DNA of 64,000 nt from Candidatus Latescibacterota bacterium (GTDB taxonomy: Bacteria > Latescibacterota > UBA2968 > UBA8231). The stretch is from NCBI GenBank assembly GCA_965261395.1, contig OZ253462.1:4800001-4864000 (forward strand), in the 5' to 3' direction. Both the position numbers and the translations under genes were made by a program. The notes beneath the pieces are model-generated. The model did no database searches. It was given only the letters and a program-made list of their open reading frames with translations, and had not been told where the DNA came from. Of the stretch, positions 29,255 through 36,846 are shown one piece after another (positions within the stretch are counted from its first letter, which is position 1; the number at the start of each line of letters is the position of its first letter).

Positions 29255-31549
29255 ATGGAAAATGCACCTTCTCTCTCGCGCGGCCAAGTGCATCGCGCCC
29301 TCCGCTCCTTCGTCGTCGCCAGCGGCTTGTGGGGCGCTTGGGGGCAAGCCTGTGGCTTGGGGACGGCGGCCTTTACCGGCTTTGCCCTGTACTTAGGTGC
29401 CGACGGTGCCTTTATCGCCTTCTTCACCTCCGCCGCGTACTTCCTCGCTTTGACGCAATTGCTCGCCCCTCTGTTGAGCGCCCACGTCCGCGACAAGAAG
29501 CGCTTTGTCGTCGTCGGCGGCTACGTGGAAATCGCCTTTCGCGGGCTACCGCTGGTCATCCCCCTCCTCGTCCCAGAGCAATACCGACTCGCAGCCTTGG
29601 TGGGCATGGTCTGCCTCAGCTTGTTCGGTGGCTATGCGATTTTGCCCTTTTACAGCACTTGGATCGCCAACGCCGTGCCGGAGAATATCCGCGCGCGGTT
29701 TGCCAGCCGCCAGACCATCGTCAGCACCATAGTGGCAATGGTTGCCGGTTTCGCGATCGGCCAATTCCTCGACCTTTTCCCCGAGGGCGGCGGCTTTGTC
29801 TGGGTCTTTGCGGCTGGGACGCTCTTTGGATTCTTGGGCTACTCCAATCTCCTCCGCGCGCCCTTTCCCCAACAGACGGCCACCACCGACGAACAAAGCA
29901 CGCGCTTGCGCGATCTCTTGCAGCCCTTCCACGACGCCAACTTCCGCCGCGCTGCCCTCTTTTTTGGCCTGTGGACCTTTGGCGTTGGGCTGGCCGGGCC
30001 GCTCTATAGCGTCTTTATGCTCGACCGCCTGCAGATCTCCTATACCGAGGTCTCAATTTTCAACGCCCTGTTCATGCTGACCAGCATCGCTGGCTACCGG
30101 CTCTGGGCCGGCCTCATCGACCGCTTCGGCTCCAGACCCGTCCTGCAAATCCTGATGACGCCGGCCGCGTTCCTGCCTCTTGTTTGGGCCTTCAACCAGC
30201 CGGGGGACTACCACCTGATACCCGTGGCCTTGGTCCTGAGCGGCATTCTATTCTCTGGGATCGGGGTTGGCATCAACCCCCTGCTCTACGGCCTGTTGCC
30301 CCGAGGCGAAAAGCGCACGATGTACCTAGCAACTTGGTCGGTGACGGTCAACTTAATGGGTGCGCTTGGCCCCTTGTTGGGCGGCCTGCTCGTCGCCCAA
30401 CTAGAGGGCTTGCGCTTTTCCGTTTTCGGCGTGCCCATGGGCGAATTACAAGTCATCTTTGCCCTCAGCACCTTGGCCCGGCTAGCGCCTTTGTTCATCC
30501 TCCGCACCGTCAAGGACGCGCGGAGCGCGACTTCGCGCAGCCTGCTCTCGCGGATGCTGCGTGGCAACGTCCTCAGCTACGCCTACAACGCCACCATCTT
30601 CAGCCTAGCCACTGCCGAGGGAACTAGGGCGCGCGCCGCCGAGGCCCTAGGTCGCTCGGGCAATCCCCTCGCCATCGAGCAATTGGTCCAAGCCCTAGCC
30701 GACGCCAGTCCCCGGGTGCGCCGCGCCGCCGCCCGCGCCTTGGGCGAGAGCCGGTCGGAAAGCGCCACCGAACCCCTGATGCGCGAGCTGCTCGACGGGG
30801 CCTCGGACATCCGCAGCGAAGCCGCCGAGGCCCTAGGCCGCCTCGGATCCTCCACTAGCATCGATCCACTAGTCGATGCGCTGGCCGACGCCGATCCCCG
30901 GGTGCGCATCAGCGCCATCCGCGGCCTAGCCAGCCTCCGTGGGGACGAAGTCCACGAGCTATTATTCTGGCAATTTGGCAGCGATTTCGACCCCCTGACG
31001 TTCCCGACGCTGGTCGATGTTCTCGGCGAGCGCCAAGACCGCCGCATCATCAGACCCGCGCTCGGCCGCTTGACCGACTTTCCTTCCCCCGCCGTGCGCT
31101 TGCAGCTACTCAACGGGGTCTGCCGTGCGCTAGGCGCTGGCGACCAGTTCTATCGCTTGCTCTCGCGCGAGGATACCGACCGCGTCGCCGCCATCACCCG
31201 CCTGCTGCGCCGGGCAACGGACTCCTTGGGAGCGGCCCGCTGCATCGACACCGAATACCGCGCGCAGTTAAAGACCCTGTGCCGGGAGGTGGTCGTCGCT
31301 TATGAAGAGGAAAAGGTCGAGGCGCTAGTCGAGGCCATGCGGCAGGTCGTGCGCACCGTGCGCGACGGACTCTCCGCTACTAGCGACCAAGCATACGATG
31401 TGCTCTCGGTATACGTGGTTCTCATCGCCATCGGCCGCTTCATCAACAGCCCGGTGCGGCAAGAATCGCCCGTTGCCCAAGAGATTTTTCTCACCGTGTG
31501 CCTAGGGCGCCTAGCCGCTTTGATCCGCCAGATCGACGACAGGGATTGA
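29255..31549 (+). CDS. MFS transporter fused to HEAT repeats
   Basis: About 12 TM segments with WAGLIDRFGSRP, followed by repeated RxxAAEALG and L(A)DxxPRVR units. Confidence 0.88.
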   Translation: MENAPSLSRGQVHRALRSFVVASGLWGAWGQACGLGTAAFTGFALYLGADGAFIAFFTSAAYFLALTQLLAPLLSAHVRDKKRFVVVGGYVEIAFRGLPLVIPLLVPEQYRLAALVGMVCLSLFGGYAILPFYSTWIANAVPENIRARFASRQTIVSTIVAMVAGFAIGQFLDLFPEGGGFVWVFAAGTLFGFLGYSNLLRAPFPQQTATTDEQSTRLRDLLQPFHDANFRRAALFFGLWTFGVGLAGPLYSVFMLDRLQISYTEVSIFNALFMLTSIAGYRLWAGLIDRFGSRPVLQILMTPAAFLPLVWAFNQPGDYHLIPVALVLSGILFSGIGVGINPLLYGLLPRGEKRTMYLATWSVTVNLMGALGPLLGGLLVAQLEGLRFSVFGVPMGELQVIFALSTLARLAPLFILRTVKDARSATSRSLLSRMLRGNVLSYAYNATIFSLATAEGTRARAAEALGRSGNPLAIEQLVQALADASPRVRRAAARALGESRSESATEPLMRELLDGASDIRSEAAEALGRLGSSTSIDPLVDALADADPRVRISAIRGLASLRGDEVHELLFWQFGSDFDPLTFPTLVDVLGERQDRRIIRPALGRLTDFPSPAVRLQLLNGVCRALGAGDQFYRLLSREDTDRVAAITRLLRRATDSLGAARCIDTEYRAQLKTLCREVVVAYEEEKVEALVEAMRQVVRTVRDGLSATSDQAYDVLSVYVVLIAIGRFINSPVRQESPVAQEIFLTVCLGRLAALIRQIDDRD

Positions 31550-31553
31550 CCGC

Positions 31554-32270
31554 TTAGGATCGGCGGCGATGCGCCCAGCGGATCCGCGCCAGATCTTTGA
31601 GATTGGCCAGCGTCCCAGTCACCGGATTAAAGCGGCTGTCCGGGTCGAAACGCCACTTCACGGGGATCTTTGCGATGCGGTAGCCCAATTGGCGCGTCAG
31701 CAGCAACAACTCCACATCGAACATGAAGCCGGCGACCTGCTGCCGCGCGCAGAGGTCGCGCGCCACCGCGGCCTGAAAAAACTTAAATCCACACTGGGTA
31801 TCGCCGAACTCGCCCAAGCCCATCAGCCTGCGCAAGAGCCAGCCAAACGCCTCGGTCCCCCACTGCCGGTAGCGCCGGCGCGCGACGACGAATTCGGTCG
31901 CACTCAGCGTCCGGTCGCCGATCACCCCGTCCCACCCGGCTGCCAATAGGGGCATCACCTGGTCCAGCGCAGCGATGTCGGTCTTGTAATCGCCGTCCAT
32001 AAAGCCGATGTAGCGGCCCCGGGCCTCGGCCACGCCGTGCTGCACGGAATAGCCCTTGCCGCGGTTGCGGTCATTTTGCACGCAGCGGACTTGGGGATGC
32101 TCACGGGCGTACTCCGCAATGCAGGCGGCCGTGCGGTCGACGCTGCCGTCATCAACGACCAGCAATTCATAGGACCACGGCCGCTGCTGCAACAACGCGA
32201 GCGTCTGCTCCAAGGCGATGAGAATCCGCTTCTCTTCGTTGTACGCGGGTATGACGATGCTCAAATCCAT
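31554..32270 (-). CDS. GT2 glycosyltransferase (dolichyl-phosphate beta-glucosyltransferase-like)
   Basis: LSIVIPAYNEE, VDDGS, NRGKG, DGD and DTQCGFK motifs. Confidence 0.9.
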   Translation of the reverse strand: MDLSIVIPAYNEEKRILIALEQTLALLQQRPWSYELLVVDDGSVDRTAACIAEYAREHPQVRCVQNDRNRGKGYSVQHGVAEARGRYIGFMDGDYKTDIAALDQVMPLLAAGWDGVIGDRTLSATEFVVARRRYRQWGTEAFGWLLRRLMGLGEFGDTQCGFKFFQAAVARDLCARQQVAGFMFDVELLLLTRQLGYRIAKIPVKWRFDPDSRFNPVTGTLANLKDLARIRWAHRRRS

Positions 32271-32363
32271 AGCTAGCGCAATCGCGGCGGCCCGCTTGAC
32301 GTCCCCAGCCGCCGCGCCTATAATCCGCCGCAACCAAGCCCCTAAGCCCTGTGAGAAAGGCCA

Positions 32364-32741
32364 ATGAGCGAGGAAACGCTTTCCCCGCTGCCTTCAGGCA
32401 GTGAAACCATTTTCAGCAAAATCATCCGCCGCGAAATTCCCGCCGACATCGTCTATGAGGACGACGACTGTTTGGCCTTCCGCGACATCCAGCCCCAAGC
32501 CCCGACGCACATCCTCGTCATACCCAAGGAAGTCGTCACCGGCGTGCAACACGCCGCTCCCGAGCACGGCCACCTGCTCGGCCACCTGCTGCTCAAGGCC
32601 GGCCAGATCGCCGCCGAGCAGGGCCTAGCCGCGACGGGCTATCGCTTGGTCATCAACGCCGGCGAGGACGGGGGGCAAACGGTAGCCCACCTCCACGTCC
32701 ATCTGCTCGGCGGCCGCCCCATGCAGTGGCCGCCCGGATAA
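32364..32741 (+). CDS. hinT: Histidine triad nucleotide-binding protein
   Basis: IFSKII, FRDIQPQAPTH, GGQTVAHLHVHLLGGR and WPPG motifs. Confidence 0.93.
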   Translation: MSEETLSPLPSGSETIFSKIIRREIPADIVYEDDDCLAFRDIQPQAPTHILVIPKEVVTGVQHAAPEHGHLLGHLLLKAGQIAAEQGLAATGYRLVINAGEDGGQTVAHLHVHLLGGRPMQWPPG

Positions 32742-32774
32742 AAAAAGAGGCGATGCCACGCCGGGCACCGCCTC
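32740..32774 (-). terminator. Intrinsic terminator of rplC
   Basis: Minus strand GAGGCGGTGCC-CGGCGT-GGCATCGCCTC followed by a T7 run. Confidence 0.8.
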
Positions 32775-32798
32775 ACAAGCACTCTTAAAGCAGGGGGG

Positions 32799-33416
32799 TT
32801 AGCTGGTCTGTATCAGGATGTAGCCATTGGCTCCGCCCGGTACCGCCCCTTTGAGGAAGAGCAAGTTGCGATCCGCGTCGATCCGCTCGACGGTCAACCC
32901 CTTGGTGGAAACCCTCTTGTTACCCATCTGGCCGGGCATTTTCTTGCCCTTCCACACCTTACCTGGAGTCGTGCCCTGGCCGATGGAGCCGCCGTGGCGT
33001 ACGGTATTGGGTGTGCCGTGGCTCGTGTTCTTGCCGTGGAAACCGTGGCGCTTGACCACCCCGGCAAACCCCTTGCCCTTGGATTTGCCCGTCACCTTGA
33101 CCCGGTGGCCGACCTCGAACTGGCCTACATCCAAGACTTGGCCGACCTCGAACGCGCCCTCTTCGCCGCGAAATTCGCGCAAGATGCGGTGCCCGTTCAC
33201 GCCGGCCTTAGCCAGATGGCCCTTTTGCGGCTTGGTCAGCTTGCGCTCCGGCACTTCGTCGAATGCGAGTTGCAAAGCCGAGTATCCATTGTCCTCCTCG
33301 GTCCGCACTTGTACCACCGGGCAGGGCCCGGCCGCGACGATCGTCACCGGCGTGAGCTCCTCGCGGTCGTTGTACACCTGCGTCATGCCCAATTTCTTGC
33401 CAATCAAGGCCCCCAT
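32799..33416 (-). CDS. rplC: 50S ribosomal protein L3 (stand-alone)
   Basis: LIGKKLGMTQ, SKGKGFAGVVKRHGF, PGKVWKGKKMPGQMG and KGAVPG motifs; RBS AAGGAG. Confidence 0.97.
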   Translation of the reverse strand: MGALIGKKLGMTQVYNDREELTPVTIVAAGPCPVVQVRTEEDNGYSALQLAFDEVPERKLTKPQKGHLAKAGVNGHRILREFRGEEGAFEVGQVLDVGQFEVGHRVKVTGKSKGKGFAGVVKRHGFHGKNTSHGTPNTVRHGGSIGQGTTPGKVWKGKKMPGQMGNKRVSTKGLTVERIDADRNLLFLKGAVPGGANGYILIQTS

Positions 33417-33460
33417 AAGGCCAACTCCTTCAGATAGTTGTAGATCAAACAGAATTGTAG

Positions 33461-33489
33461 AAATTACGCAAAAATTTCCTGGCGGGCAA
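33461..33489 (-). promoter_or_regulatory. Putative sigma70 promoter of rplC
   Basis: TTGCCC-N17-TAATTT; inverted repeat GCGGGCA-N5-TGCCCGC (33482-33500) overlaps the -35. Confidence 0.4.
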
Positions 33490-33515
33490 GAGATGCCCGC
33501 AGTGGGGCGGCAAAA

Positions 33516-34415
33516 TTGAGCGCGATAACCATATTTCGCGGTGGGGCAATCGGCGACTTCGTCCTCACCCTACCCGCCATTGATGCCGTGCGCCGAGCCT
33601 TTCCCACCGCCGAATTGCGCCTCATCGGCCACCCGGCGACCCTAGCGCTCGGCCCAGCGGCCTCCGTCCTCGACAGCGAAGATCCACGCCTGATTGCCCT
33701 GCACCGCGATGGGCCGCTTCCCCCGGCCACTCGCCAGCTCTTCGCCGCTACGCAGCGCGTGCTAGCCTATGTGGTGAATGCCCAACAACACTTCGGCCCG
33801 CAACTGCGCCGAGCCGTAGCCGGCCCCGTGTTGCTGTGGGACCCACGCCCCCCAGCCGATTTCCGCGGCCACATCGTCGATCACTTGCTAAGCCCCTTGC
33901 GGCAATGGGGCCTGCCCGTCGGCGACCGCACCCCGCACATCGCGCTGCGGCCCGGCGACTACGGCTATGTGGACGCGCTCGCCTCCGCGCCCGAAGTCGT
34001 CATCCACCTAGGCAGCGGCTCGCCAGCCAAATGCTGGCCTGCAGCGAATTTCCACGCCCTCGCCAGCGCGCTGCAAAAAAGAGGCTGGCATACCGCGCTC
34101 CTGTGCGGCCCAGTCGAACGCGAACGCCAACTAACCGTCGGCAGCCTGCCCGCGCTCCACCCCCCAGACCTGCGCTCCCTTGCCGGCCTGCTCGCCAAAG
34201 CCGCGCTCTTTATCGGCAACGACTCCGGCCCCGGGCACATAGCCGCAGCCGTCGGCACCCCGACCCTGACGCTGTTTGGCCCCACCGACCCCCGGCTGTG
34301 GGCACCGCGCGGCAAGCGCAGCCACATCCTGCAAGCACCCGCCGCAGACATCGCTGCAATCCCCACTGTGACCGCAATAGACGCTGCGCTAGCCCTCCTC
34401 CAAAGTGCGCGATGA
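33516..34415 (+). CDS. GT9 glycosyltransferase (ADP-heptose:LPS heptosyltransferase-like)
   Basis: GAIGDFVLTLP, HLGSGSPAKCW and FIGNDSGPGHIAAAVGTPTLTLFGPT motifs. Confidence 0.9.
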   Translation: MSAITIFRGGAIGDFVLTLPAIDAVRRAFPTAELRLIGHPATLALGPAASVLDSEDPRLIALHRDGPLPPATRQLFAATQRVLAYVVNAQQHFGPQLRRAVAGPVLLWDPRPPADFRGHIVDHLLSPLRQWGLPVGDRTPHIALRPGDYGYVDALASAPEVVIHLGSGSPAKCWPAANFHALASALQKRGWHTALLCGPVERERQLTVGSLPALHPPDLRSLAGLLAKAALFIGNDSGPGHIAAAVGTPTLTLFGPTDPRLWAPRGKRSHILQAPAADIAAIPTVTAIDAALALLQSAR

Positions 34416-35035
34416 CTACTTCTTACGCCGACCAACGCCGCGCGATGGTGCGCGAGCAACTCAGCCAGCGCGGCATTCGCGATTCGCGCGTACTCGCGGC
34501 GTTTGACCGCGTCCCAAGGCATTGCTATGTCCCGGAGGCCCTGCGCTCCCACGCGTATGCCGACCACCCGCTGGCCATCGGCGCAGAGCAAACCATCTCT
34601 CAGCCGTACGTCGTGGCCTACATGCTCTCGGCTCTCGGCTTGCAGGGCGCGGAACGGGTCTTGGAGATTGGCACCGGCTCCGGGTACCAGACCGCCCTGC
34701 TCGCCGAACTGGCCGGTCAAGTCTATAGCATTGAATTCTTCTCCGACCTCGCCGCACAAGCCAGTCGAGTACTCGCCGATACAGGTTATGGCCATGTCGC
34801 TCTCCGCGTCGGCGACGGCCGCATGGGTTGGCCCGAGGCCGCCCCTTTTGACGCCATCGTATGCTCGGCTGCGCCCGCTACCATCCCACCCACTCTAACC
34901 GCACAACTAGCGCCTAACGGCCGCTTCATTCTCCCGCTAGGTACCCAACGCCAGCACTTGGTCTTGGTAGAACGCAGCCCGACCGGCCTCAGCCAGCGCA
35001 AACTCCTACCCGTGCGCTTCGTGCCGATGCAGTGA
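34412..35035 (+). CDS. pcm: Protein-L-isoaspartate O-methyltransferase
   Basis: QTISQPY, VLEIGTGSGYQTA, GWPEAAPFDAI and VRFVPM motifs; ATGA overlap with the GT9 gene. Confidence 0.95.
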   Translation: MTTSYADQRRAMVREQLSQRGIRDSRVLAAFDRVPRHCYVPEALRSHAYADHPLAIGAEQTISQPYVVAYMLSALGLQGAERVLEIGTGSGYQTALLAELAGQVYSIEFFSDLAAQASRVLADTGYGHVALRVGDGRMGWPEAAPFDAIVCSAAPATIPPTLTAQLAPNGRFILPLGTQRQHLVLVERSPTGLSQRKLLPVRFVPMQ

Positions 35036-35134
35036 AGCCGCGCTTTCGCTTTTCTCGTCTAAGAAGCTGTCTGGAAATTTCGGGGATGTACCGACCGCCG
35101 AGCTTGCAGCCGGGCACAGGCCGCTAGGAATTTT

Positions 35135-36046
35135 CTAAACCCGCAAGCTGCCCACCAGCGAGGCGAGGCGGTCGATGCCGCGCTCGTCGCAATAGGCGTC
35201 GAGGCCCTCGACAATTTCGACGCCGGCGTTGGGGTTGGCAAAATTGGCCGTGCCGACTTGAACCGCGGAAGCTCCGGCGACCATGAACTCTAGGACATCA
35301 CTCGCGGTGGCGATGCCGCCGATGCCCATGACGGGCACGGCGACGGCTTGGGCTACCTTCCACACCATGGCGAGAGCCACGGGCTTGATCGCCGGGCCGG
35401 ACAAGCCGCCGGTGATACCGCCCAAGACGGGCCGCCGCCGCTCCACGTCAATGGCCATGCCAACGAGCGTATTGATCAGCGAGACCGCATCCGCACCCGC
35501 ATCCACTACGGCGCGGGCAATTTCGGCAATATCTGTGACATTGGGCGTCAGCTTGGCGATGACTGGCCGCTGGGTGCGGCTGCGGACTGCGGCAATGGCG
35601 GCAGCCGCGGTCTGGGGTCGGGTGGCGAAATTGTCGCCCCCGGCTTCGACATTGGGGCAGGATATATTGACTTCGAGCGCAGCAATGCCTGCCAATGCTT
35701 CGAGACTCGCCGCCATCTGCCCGAATTCCTCGACCGCGAATCCGGCGATATTTACCACCACCTGCGCGTCCAAACTGGCCAACAAAGGCCATTGCTTCTC
35801 AACAAAAGCCTCCAGCCCAGGGTTTTGCAAGCCAATGGAATTGAGCATTCCGGCCGGCGTCTCGACGATGCGCTGGGGAGGGTTGCCGCCCCGAGGCTGC
35901 GGAGTAATGGTTTTGGTGACCAGCCCACCCAAGCGCGCAAAATCGGTCAGCGGCAAAAGCTCCTGACCGTAGTTGCAGGTGCCCGAGGCCAGCAGTACCG
36001 GGTTGCGCAGTCGCACACCGGCAAAGTCTATGCTCAAGTCGGCCAT
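35135..36046 (-). CDS. pyrD: Dihydroorotate dehydrogenase B, catalytic subunit
   Basis: NPVLLASGT, GMLNSIGLQNPG, EVNISCPNV, KLTPN and GGLSGPAIKP motifs. Confidence 0.95.
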   Translation of the reverse strand: MADLSIDFAGVRLRNPVLLASGTCNYGQELLPLTDFARLGGLVTKTITPQPRGGNPPQRIVETPAGMLNSIGLQNPGLEAFVEKQWPLLASLDAQVVVNIAGFAVEEFGQMAASLEALAGIAALEVNISCPNVEAGGDNFATRPQTAAAAIAAVRSRTQRPVIAKLTPNVTDIAEIARAVVDAGADAVSLINTLVGMAIDVERRRPVLGGITGGLSGPAIKPVALAMVWKVAQAVAVPVMGIGGIATASDVLEFMVAGASAVQVGTANFANPNAGVEIVEGLDAYCDERGIDRLASLVGSLRV

Positions 36047-36846
36047 GCGCTGTTCCATTTTATCTGCCGCGCGTCGAACGCCGGCCCATCCACGCAGATG
36101 CGGGCGTAGCGACCGTAGTCCGTGTCGCCTTTTGCCATCTCCAGCTCGACGGCGCAGCCCACGCAGATGCCAATGCCGCAAGCCATATACTCTTCGAGTG
36201 AGACCTGACACGGAACTTGGGCCTCTAGGCACATGGCGGCCACGGCCTGCATCATCCCATGCGGGCCACAGCAATAGACCGCGCACGGCCCCTTTTCAAC
36301 TAGCTCGTGCCGCAACAGATCGGTGACCAAGCCCGCGTGCCCGAGGCTACCGTCGTCGGTGGCGAGGCGCACTAGGTCCGCAGCCGGCGTGAGCAACTCG
36401 CTGGTCAGGTGCTTGCCCGCAGTCCGCGCCCCCACCAGCAGCGCAGTCTGGTGCGCCCACTGCCTCAGCTCCAATCCCCAGTACAGCAGCGGCGGCACGC
36501 CGATGCCACCCCCGACTAGTGCGACTCGCGTACCCTCGGGCGGCGGCGTGAATCCCTTGCCCAGCGGGCCGAGGGTCGGCAGAATTGCGTCCGGCCCGAG
36601 TTGGCTCAGTGCTCGGGTCTTAGGCCCGACCTCTTCGTACAATACCTCAATCATACCGGCCTCGCGATCGACACCGCTCACGCTCAGCGGGACGCGCAAC
36701 AAGGGCGCAATCCCCGCGCTGACCTCGATGTTGACGAACTGACCCGGCTCAATCTGCGCTGCAATGTAGGGTGCGTTAAGGCGCGCCAAATAGAAGTCCG
36801 CCGCGACTTCGCGGTTGCTCAACAGGCGCGCTTGCTCGTCAATCAC
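36034..36846 (-). CDS. pyrK: Dihydroorotate dehydrogenase electron transfer subunit
   Basis: PGQFV, GGGIGVPP, CGP and MACGIGICVGC...CVDGP motifs; GTG start overlaps the upstream TGA. Confidence 0.93.
   Translation of the reverse strand: MIDEQARLLSNREVAADFYLARLNAPYIAAQIEPGQFVNIEVSAGIAPLLRVPLSVSGVDREAGMIEVLYEEVGPKTRALSQLGPDAILPTLGPLGKGFTPPPEGTRVALVGGGIGVPPLLYWGLELRQWAHQTALLVGARTAGKHLTSELLTPAADLVRLATDDGSLGHAGLVTDLLRHELVEKGPCAVYCCGPHGMMQAVAAMCLEAQVPCQVSLEEYMACGIGICVGCAVELEMAKGDTDYGRYARICVDGPAFDARQIKWNSAWPT

Noticed and set aside
33836-34411. Arg/Pro-rich N-terminal extension of pcm
   Set aside because: It overlaps the GT9 gene in another frame. The real start is the ATG at 34412.
36047-36286. 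N-terminal extension of pyrD
   Set aside because: It overlaps pyrK, and homology starts at MADLSIDFAG.
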